Positions 25,442-32,000 of a stretch of 32,000 bases of DNA are shown piece by piece. The notes below the pieces were generated by a model. The model was not told the DNA's origin. It did not search any database and saw only the letters and a program-made list of their open reading frames with translations. Source of the DNA: Candidatus Scalindua sp. (lineage in GTDB: Bacteria; Planctomycetota; Brocadiia; Brocadiales; Scalinduaceae). The stretch covers positions 150,001-182,000 of the forward strand of contig JALDRA010000001.1 of NCBI GenBank assembly GCA_031316235.1. Reading direction: 5' to 3'. Numbering within the stretch: the first letter of the stretch is position 1; the number at the start of each line of letters is the position of its first letter. Both the position numbers and the translations under genes were made by a program.

Positions 25442-28400
25442 ATGTTAAATAACATTATACAATACGCCCTGCATAATCGCCTGATGATTATCGCGGCATC
25501 GGTGCTGCTTTTAACGGCAGGCATCTACACAGCTTCCAGAATGGAAATTGATGTGTTTCCCGATCTGACCGCACCGACGGTAGTAGTGTTAACCGAAGCG
25601 CATGGAATGGCCCCGGAAGAAGTCGAAAAACTGGTAACTTTTCAGATTGAAACGACTGTCAATGGCGCCACCAATGTACGCCGGGTACGCTCATCATCAG
25701 CGGCAGGCATATCAATTGTCTGGATAGAGTTTGAGTGGGGAACCGATATTTTCAAGGCCAGGCAAATAGTCAGCGAAAAACTGTCAATCATTGCCGAAAA
25801 ACTGCCGCTGGGAGTAGGGAACCCCACACTTGCTCCTCAATCATCCATCATGGGTGAAATCATGCTTATCGGTTTATCATCAGACAGCGCAACCCCAATG
25901 GATTTAAGAACCATTGCCGACTGGAATATCCGGCCAAGGTTATTGGCAACAGGAGGGGTGTCTCAGGTCATTGTAATTGGAGGAGAATACAAGCAATACC
26001 AGATACTCGCGTCACCTCAAAAAATGAACTATTACAAAATTTCGCTAAATGACTTGTTGAAAGCAAGTAAAGAAAGCAATCTTAATGCTTCGGGCGGTTT
26101 TATGAATGAATTTGGCAACGAATACATCATAAGGGGCATAGGAAGAACAAACAAGGTGGAAGAAATAGGCAATGCCGTAATCAGGGTTGTCAATAATGTT
26201 CCGATAAAAATAGAGGATGTTGCAGAGGTTACAATTGGTGGAGCAGTCCCTAAAATCGGAGACGGTTCACTCAATGCAAGCCCGGCAATTATTATGACCG
26301 TAGCAAAACAGCCGGGAACCAATACCCTGGAACTCACAGAAAAAATAGACAGTGCCATCATAGAGATTACCAAAACGCTACCATCCGACATTGAAATCAA
26401 CACCAATATATTTCGTCAGGCAGATTTTATTCAAGCCTCCATAAGCAATATTCAAAAAGCGCTCATTGAAGGTTCCATCTTTGTAGTTATCATTATGTTC
26501 CTGTTCCTGATGAACTTTCGAACTACTATTATTTCCCTTGTTGCCATCCCCCTTTCACTTATCGTTTCCATCATTACCCTTAAATTATTGGGATTAACCA
26601 TCAATACCATGTCCCTCGGCGGAATGGCAATTGCCATTGGCTCTCTGGTAGATGATGCGGTTATTGATGTGGAAAACGTCTTTAAACGTCTAAAGGAAAA
26701 TGCACAAAAAAACAGTGAAGCGAGAGAAAGTACTCTTGTTGTAGTGTATGATGCCTCAAAAGAGATCCGTTCATCAATATTTAAGGCAACCCTTATCATC
26801 ATCGTAGCCTTTCTCCCCCTGTTTTTCCTCAGCGGAATGGAGGGTAGAATGCTGAGGCCTCTTGGAATCTCCTTTATCGTTTCCCTGTCTGCATCTTTGA
26901 TTGTAGCATTAACACTTACCCCTGTGCTGTGCAGTTTCATGCTTACCAATGATAAAATGCTTTTGAAACAGGCAAAAGGAAGTTGGCTGGAAAGACGGCT
27001 TAACCGATATTATCGTTCTGCATTAGAAAAAGTAATGAAAATCAAAAAGACAGTCCTTGGATTATCGATCGTGTTGTTCATTGCAGCGTGTTTTCTACTG
27101 TTTGGTTTGGGGAGAAGTTTCTTGCCTGAATTTAACGAAGGAACCTTGACAATAAACACGGTAAGTATGCCGGGCATATCACTCGAAGAATCAAACAAGA
27201 TTGGAAACAGGATTGAAAATATCCTGCTTTCAATTCCGGAAATCTCAATTACTTCACGCAGGACAGGAAGAGCCGAATTAGACGAACATGCTCAAGGGGT
27301 AAATGCCGCAGAAATTGATGCCCCTTTTGTTTTGGCAGAAAGAAGCAAGGAAGAATTCATGAGGGAAGTTCGGAGAAAACTAAGCAAAGTTTCTGAAGCT
27401 GATATCACCATCGGGCAGCCCATAGGACACCGTATTGACCATATGCTTTCAGGTACAAGAGCCAGCATAGCCATTAAACTTTTTGGAACAGACTTGTACA
27501 CAATGTTTACTCTGGCCAACCAAATAGAGCGCAGCATTGAAGGTATAGAAGGACTTGTAGATATCAGTGTGGAGCAACAGATTGAAATTCCTCAATTGCA
27601 GATAAAAGCAAGACGGAATATGCTTGCCAAATATGGTATTTCTATAGGTCAATTTACCGAATTTATTGATGTTGCCTTTGCAGGTGAAAAAGTATCTCAG
27701 GTTTTTGAAAGCAACAAAAGTTTTGACCTGGTATTGCGGTTTAATGAAGAAAACAGGGGAAAAATAGAAAATATCCGCACCGTTTTAATTGATACCAATA
27801 TAAAACCAAGTCAACAATCCAGAATTCAAAATCTAAATTTGAAAATTCCTCTGCATTATGTGGCCGATATTGTTTCAACAACAGGCCCCAGCACTATTAA
27901 CCGGGAAAATGTACAGCGGAAAATTGTTGTTTCAGCCAATGTGTCCGGGCGTGATTTAAAGAGCGTAGTAAACCAGATTAAAGAGACAATAGATGATACT
28001 ATTCAGTTACCGGAAAACTACCGTATTCAATATGGCGGCCAATTTGAAAGCGAAGCTAAGGCTTCGAAAATATTATTCCTTTCCTCTCTCATGGCTCTGC
28101 TCATTATAGTAATTTTGCTTTACCAGGAATTTAAAGATATCACGGTTACGGGAATAATTTTTCTCAATTTACCTCTGGCGCTGATAGGCGGAGTCTTAAG
28201 TATCTGGTTTACATCAGGAGTCATAAGCGTACCTTCTATCATTGGATTCATTACCCTGTTTGGAATAGCTACACGTAACGGGATATTATTGGTTTCACGT
28301 TATCAGGCCCTGCAAAGCCAGGGTATTGCTTTGCATGAAACTGTTATTAAGGGCTCTCTAGACAGGCTGAACCCGATCCTGATGACTGCTTTAACTACCG

Positions 28401-28564
28401 CTTTGGCATTAATTCCACTGGCAATAACAGGTGACTTGCCGGGAAATGAAATACAGAGTCCAATGGCAAAAGTGATATTGGGAGGCTTGCTCAGTTCTAC
28501 CCTTTTAAATTTATTCATCGTTCCGGTTGTTTTCTACCTGACACATGTTAAAAAAGTAAAATAA
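25442..28564 (+). CDS. CusA/CzcA-family efflux RND pump 3
   Basis: 1040 aa. N-terminus MLNNIIQYALHNRLMII. TM4 signature AIGSLVDDAVIDVEN (26633-26677). C-terminal NEIQSPMAKVILGGLLSST. No SD. Confidence 0.92.
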   Translation: MLNNIIQYALHNRLMIIAASVLLLTAGIYTASRMEIDVFPDLTAPTVVVLTEAHGMAPEEVEKLVTFQIETTVNGATNVRRVRSSSAAGISIVWIEFEWGTDIFKARQIVSEKLSIIAEKLPLGVGNPTLAPQSSIMGEIMLIGLSSDSATPMDLRTIADWNIRPRLLATGGVSQVIVIGGEYKQYQILASPQKMNYYKISLNDLLKASKESNLNASGGFMNEFGNEYIIRGIGRTNKVEEIGNAVIRVVNNVPIKIEDVAEVTIGGAVPKIGDGSLNASPAIIMTVAKQPGTNTLELTEKIDSAIIEITKTLPSDIEINTNIFRQADFIQASISNIQKALIEGSIFVVIIMFLFLMNFRTTIISLVAIPLSLIVSIITLKLLGLTINTMSLGGMAIAIGSLVDDAVIDVENVFKRLKENAQKNSEARESTLVVVYDASKEIRSSIFKATLIIIVAFLPLFFLSGMEGRMLRPLGISFIVSLSASLIVALTLTPVLCSFMLTNDKMLLKQAKGSWLERRLNRYYRSALEKVMKIKKTVLGLSIVLFIAACFLLFGLGRSFLPEFNEGTLTINTVSMPGISLEESNKIGNRIENILLSIPEISITSRRTGRAELDEHAQGVNAAEIDAPFVLAERSKEEFMREVRRKLSKVSEADITIGQPIGHRIDHMLSGTRASIAIKLFGTDLYTMFTLANQIERSIEGIEGLVDISVEQQIEIPQLQIKARRNMLAKYGISIGQFTEFIDVAFAGEKVSQVFESNKSFDLVLRFNEENRGKIENIRTVLIDTNIKPSQQSRIQNLNLKIPLHYVADIVSTTGPSTINRENVQRKIVVSANVSGRDLKSVVNQIKETIDDTIQLPENYRIQYGGQFESEAKASKILFLSSLMALLIIVILLYQEFKDITVTGIIFLNLPLALIGGVLSIWFTSGVISVPSIIGFITLFGIATRNGILLVSRYQALQSQGIALHETVIKGSLDRLNPILMTALTTALALIPLAITGDLPGNEIQSPMAKVILGGLLSSTLLNLFIVPVVFYLTHVKKVK

Positions 28565-28905
28565 TGATACATAAAACTCCCGGAATATCCAAACACTGGA
28601 GTCTAAGCCATGCTCATGCCAACGGCGCTGTAGATCCATCAATTTTCACTACTCAAAGAGGATTCTGGACTATCAAATGGTCTTTCACTGGATAGTCTGT
28701 TACCGTCATGTTTCAGATTGCTATTATCCTGCTTTCCGGGAGCGTGGCACTTCTTGCTGATACGATTCAAGACTTCGGCGATGCCGCTACCGCTGTTTGT
28801 TATGGTTTGCTTTTACGCTTGCTCGAAAAAATCCCACCAGTGGGTTTATCTATGACTACGAGCGGATCGAAGACCTCGCAGGTGTAGTTATCGTGCTCAT
28901 GAATA
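28564..28905 (+). pseudogene. Decayed cation diffusion facilitator (CzcD-like CDF) gene
   Basis: The ATG overlaps the pump stop (TAATG). MIHK...SHAHANGAVDPSIFTTQRGFWTIKWSFTG, in-frame TAG at 28693-28695, then SVTVMFQIAIILLSGSVALLADTIQDFGDAATAV. Frameshift near 28795-28800, then LWFAFTLARKNPTSGFIYDYERIEDLAGVVIVLM. The rest of the gene is missing. Confidence 0.8.
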
Positions 28906-28912
28906 AACCACA

Positions 28913-28949
28913 GTCTCCTTCTGGATTTGTGGTAATCACAGAAGGAGAC
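28913..28949. terminator. 11-bp perfect-stem hairpin, candidate bidirectional terminator
   Basis: GTCTCCTTCTG-15nt-CAGAAGGAGAC followed by CATTTCTTT. Lies between the end of + strand cluster 3 and the end of the - strand operon. Confidence 0.5.
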
Positions 28950-29086
28950 CATTTCTTTAAATAATACTGAATGGCATATACCGATCTCCTCCCTATAGTG
29001 GCCTGAGTGCTGAAGTCAGAAAGATGTATTACTATAGCAGGAGTATTTCGCATAAACTGTCACTATCAGTTTAAAACCATTTAATT

Positions 29087-29656
29087 TCAGGACTTCTGCT
29101 TCTCCTGTCCCTTTTTGCAAAGTGGACAGGCTATGAAGTCTATATCACAGGTATCGCAGTGTTGATCAAGCCAAACCTCTGACTTTTTTCCACAATCTGG
29201 GCATTTCATTTCCCACACTACAGGAGGCGCTATTGTTCCCTTAATACGTCTTGCAAGTACGTTCTTACACTTGGGACATCTACTCTCCATCGTTGCGGGT
29301 TCTAAATCTACCGATGCCTTCTGGCACAACACGCATACCATGACATCGTTTCCGCACTTGTCACAATGATGAACAGCAAGCTCCTTTACCCCGCCCTTAC
29401 AATGCGGACATTCCATTTTTTTTCCAGCTACTATACCCCTTTTGGTATTTGAAGTTAAACGCACTTCTTTACAGTGAGGGCATACCGGATACTCCATAGT
29501 CGGTTTTTCTGATGGCGATGCTGCCTCAACACTTCTGTGCGGTACCTTATGTTCGTGTTCTTCTTCTTTGGCATAAGCAAAATCACCCATTAAGATCATT
29601 AAGCTGACAAATGCAGTTACAAAAGCAAATGTTCCTATAAATTTTTTTTCCAACAT
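29087..29656 (-). CDS. Secreted protein with two tandem 4xCxxC modules (16 Cys), unknown family
   Basis: 189 aa. Signal peptide ending FAYA. KEEEHEHKVPH. CxxC pairs at C59/62, 83/86, 98/101, 108/111 and 127/130, 152/155, 167/170, 177/180 with matching spacing. Strong SD AAGGAGG. Confidence 0.75.
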   Translation of the reverse strand: MLEKKFIGTFAFVTAFVSLMILMGDFAYAKEEEHEHKVPHRSVEAASPSEKPTMEYPVCPHCKEVRLTSNTKRGIVAGKKMECPHCKGGVKELAVHHCDKCGNDVMVCVLCQKASVDLEPATMESRCPKCKNVLARRIKGTIAPPVVWEMKCPDCGKKSEVWLDQHCDTCDIDFIACPLCKKGQEKQKS

Positions 29657-29671
29657 CTGTTTTTACCTCCT

Positions 29672-30097
29672 TTAAAATGATTTAAATAAAGTATTTATTT
29701 CCAGGATAGTTTCACTGGTTATATCTTTATCACGATATTCATCATCACTCAATTGACCTGTGACTGTTAATTTTTCATTATTCTTCTTCGCTTCTTCAGC
29801 CAGATTTGCACATATTGCGATAACGTTTGTTTTATAACCATTTTTGTAGCAGTACATACGCTTACCGTCTTCTTCCAGAACCAATTGCCAGGTTGCGTAC
29901 TTATACCTTCACCAAGATACTCATTTCTTACTACATATCCTGAAATCTCTACTTTCTTGTTTCTATACAAAGATGGTGTATCAACAAGATTGGATATTCC
30001 ATTTTCTCATTGGTTGGTCATAGACACATCCGTCAAATGTTGTTATGACAAAAACAATTTTGATAGTAATTGAAATTTTTCTCATTTCCCCGTCCAT
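29672..30097 (-). pseudogene. Hypothetical lipoprotein gene disrupted by two frameshifts
   Basis: Three consecutive frames. (MDGE)MRKISITIKIVFVITTFDGCVYDQPMRKW shifts at an A-run near 29990 to ...GISNLVDTPSLYRNKKVEISGYVVRNEYLGE, then shifts near 29905-29915 to ...YKYATWQLVLEEDGKRMYCYKNGYK...LFKSF*. Start at 30097 or 30085. Confidence 0.6.
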
Positions 30098-30245
30098 GCA
30101 TCACACACCCTCCTTTACGCATCTTTACTAAACGATGGTTTGGGAGGGTGGAGGTGGAAAGAAATTGTATTAAAAAGTTCAATCAATGATGATGCCCTTC
30201 TTCCTCATGCATATGCCCATGGCCGTGTCCGTCATCATGTTCCCC

Positions 30246-30575
30246 TCAATGAGATACTGCTTGGGCTTCTGCACATTCGCATGGAACACCTTTTCCCGCA
30301 CAGTGACCACAGTCACGTTTTTCATGAAGTTGTGGGCATATACATGCATACTTGTCCGGATTCTTTGCAAAGGTGGTTTTACAGTTGCTAGAACAAAAAT
30401 AATACGTATATCCCTCCTTAGTCAATGTCTCTGCATTATCCTTATCAATCTGCATCGTGCAGACACGGTCTGTTACCTTTCCGCCTTCACCTGCGAGTGT
30501 CAGGTTCTCTGCATAAGTAATTGATAAACCAAGTAAAAGGATAAAAATAAGTCCAGGTGTAAAAATCTTTTTCAT
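30246..30575 (-). CDS. Secreted YHS-domain metal-binding protein with Cys-rich C-terminus
   Basis: 109 aa, signal peptide. YHS core DRVCTMQIDKDNAETLTKEGYTYYFCSSNCKTTFAKNPDKY, then CICPQLHEKRDCGHCAGKGVPCEC. SD AAGGAGG. The TGA stop is followed in frame by a His-rich tail (see findings). Confidence 0.85.
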   Translation of the reverse strand: MKKIFTPGLIFILLLGLSITYAENLTLAGEGGKVTDRVCTMQIDKDNAETLTKEGYTYYFCSSNCKTTFAKNPDKYACICPQLHEKRDCGHCAGKGVPCECAEAQAVSH

Positions 30576-31146
30576 TTATTTGCCTCCTTAAATAAAATTA
30601 CCAGAAATTAGTATTCTTTATAATTTTTATAAATAATATGTCCTAAATCACGCATCCATATTAATCACCCCCCTTGAAACTTCTCATTTCATCCCCTGAT
30701 AAAGATATGCCCTTTTTCCTGACTGAAATCATCTGCAAAAATTCTCTTCTTCACTGAGATTTTCTTTATTGTATCAGTATTCAGTTTTATGTATTTTCCG
30801 GCATGAGATTAAAAAAAAGATTTCGTCACAATATTCCTTTTGTTAATGAAATAAGTATGTTGTTTTAATAACAACTTTGATGCCAAAAGGTTAAAGAAGG
30901 TAACAATAATTACTCATCATACAGAGATACAACAAGTTAAATTAGATTTTTCATTGTTATTTTGAGTATGAAAGAATGGTATGTTCAATTGATTGATGGA
31001 TTTCAAGCAGTGAGATGGGGGAAATGAAACTTTGGATTAATTGATTTGGAATAGGCAGATGAATACTTCATAGTATAATTTACGTATTAAAAAAACAATT
31101 TAAAGAAAATAGGCATTCACACCATACTGCTCTAACATCCTGTGTG

Positions 31147-31182
31147 TATACTAAAACCGATTTGGTTTTCGGTTTTAGTATA
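31147..31182. repeat. Repeat family copy E: M1-related perfect hairpin
   Basis: TATACTAAAACCGA-TTTGGTTT-TCGGTTTTAGTATA (14-bp perfect stem). The first 26 nt match M1 of copies B and D with one substitution. Lies 29 nt past the ATPase stop codon. Confidence 0.85.
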
Positions 31183-31210
31183 ACAATCAAAATTTTGCAG
31201 GCTGGTAACA

Positions 31211-32000
31211 TTATACAAGTTTTACCCGTCTGAGCCTTAACGAGTTGGATATCACCGAGACCGAGCTGAAACTCATGGCGGCCGCTGCTATCATCGGGCT
31301 GAGCAACAACCCAAACACCGGATAGAGAGCGCCCGCGGCAATCGGAATACCAAGCGCATTATAGATAAAGGCAAAGAACAGGTTCTGTTTAATATTTCCC
31401 ATGGTAGCGCGGCTGAGCTGCCTGGCCCGAACGATCCCACGCAAGTCACCCTTAACCAGGGTTACGCCTGCGCTCTCCATGGCAACATCTGTTCCCGTGC
31501 CCATTGCGATGCCAACCTGTGCCTGTGCAAGTGCCGGAGCATCATTGATGCCGTCACCGGCCATAGCGACGATAAACCCCTCACTTTGAAGCCGTTTGAT
31601 TTCATCAGCCTTCTGGTCGGGCATCACTTCAGCGATAACCTTGTCTATGCCGAGCTTCGCCGCTATGGCCTTTGCGGTGGCATAGTTGTCACCGGTCAGC
31701 ATGACAATTTCCAAACCTTCATCGTGCAGTTTCTGAACAGCCTCAACGGTATTTTCTTTAATAAGATCAGCTACGCTGACAAGACCCGCCGGTTTACTAT
31801 CCACCGCAATGTACATTACGGTTTGACCCTGGGAGCGCAATGACCCTGCTTGAGAATCAAAGTCACCGAATTCGACACCAAGATCTTCCATCAGGGAATG
31901 GTTGCCGAGAGCAACTGGTAATCCATCAACAATACCCTTGACTCCTTTTCCCGTGATAGACTCGAAAGATTCAGCGTTTGCAAGCTTGACTTTACGCTCT
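31211..32000 (-). CDS. copA: P1B-1 type Cu(I)/Ag(I)-translocating P-type ATPase, C-terminal part (5' end outside window)
   Basis: Frame open to the window edge. [19 protein letters not shown]7 N-x6-YN-x4-P ([14 protein letters not shown]) and TM8 P-x6-M-x2-SS-x5-N ([18 protein letters not shown]) are the Cu(I) subgroup signatures. Confidence 0.88.
   Translation of the reverse strand, partial: ERKVKLANAESFESITGKGVKGIVDGLPVALGNHSLMEDLGVEFGDFDSQAGSLRSQGQTVMYIAVDSKPAGLVSVADLIKENTVEAVQKLHDEGLEIVMLTGDNYATAKAIAAKLGIDKVIAEVMPDQKADEIKRLQSEGFIVAMAGDGINDAPALAQAQVGIAMGTGTDVAMESAGVTLVKGDLRGIVRARQLSRATMGNIKQNLFFAFIYNALGIPIAAGALYPVFGLLLSPMIAAAAMSFSSVSVISNSLRLRRVKLV

Noticed and set aside
28856-29053. 65-aa minus-strand ORF with a vaguely HTH-like stretch (ATIGRRSVYAIQYYLKKW), considered as a transposase or recombinase remnant that truncated the CDF gene
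   Set aside because: It is too short and lacks supporting motifs or inverted repeats. It overlaps the CDF remnant and the terminator hairpin. The similarity is only impressionistic.
30183-30248. A SECIS element supporting selenocysteine at the TGA
   Set aside because: The only pairings I could find (AUGAUGA/UCAUCAU, CAUG/CAUG) are expected from repeated His and Met/Asp codons. No hairpin with an appropriate apical loop was evident, so the question stays open in findings and is not asserted.
30186-30524. 112-aa plus-strand ORF (MMMPFFLMHMPMAVSVIMF...) and the 30140-30391 ORF
   Set aside because: They are antisense to the YHS gene and its His-rich tail. The Met/His-rich look is the mirror image of CAT/ATG codon runs on the other strand.

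Overview
AT-rich Gram-negative chromosomal segment (LpxD and TolC-family genes present) dominated by a heavy-metal resistance island. Left to right: the 3' end of lpxD; HME-RND cluster 1 with the unusual order OMF-adaptor-pump-adaptor-pump (1429-11802); a 41-codon PadR stub and a NapH/CcoG-like membrane polyferredoxin. A minus-strand string follows: arsR, an Rv2258c-like SAM methyltransferase, a 979-aa primase(AEP)-like/SF2 helicase/PLD fusion, a DUF1640 protein and ynfA. Next come a second SAM methyltransferase, an orphan fetB permease, and RND cluster 3 (OMF, adaptor, an inserted four-helix-bundle gene with a 182-bp tandem duplication, pump, decayed CDF gene). The window ends with a minus-strand operon (YHS-domain protein, frameshifted lipoprotein, secreted 8xCxxC protein) and the 3' end of a P1B-1 Cu(I) ATPase. 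Most worth a second look: (1) the AEP-helicase-PLD single-protein candidate conflict system; (2) a modular hairpin repeat family in five copies, which twice brackets ~0.94-kb single-gene modules as inverted repeats; (3) the secreted double 4xCxxC protein; (4) the YHS protein whose in-frame TGA is followed by a 20-codon His-rich tail; (5) three different metal-binding decorations on the three RND adaptors; (6) a TIR-flanked four-helix-bundle cassette inside an efflux operon. No rRNA, tRNA or CRISPR was seen. All family calls rest on reading motifs by eye; no searches were run.
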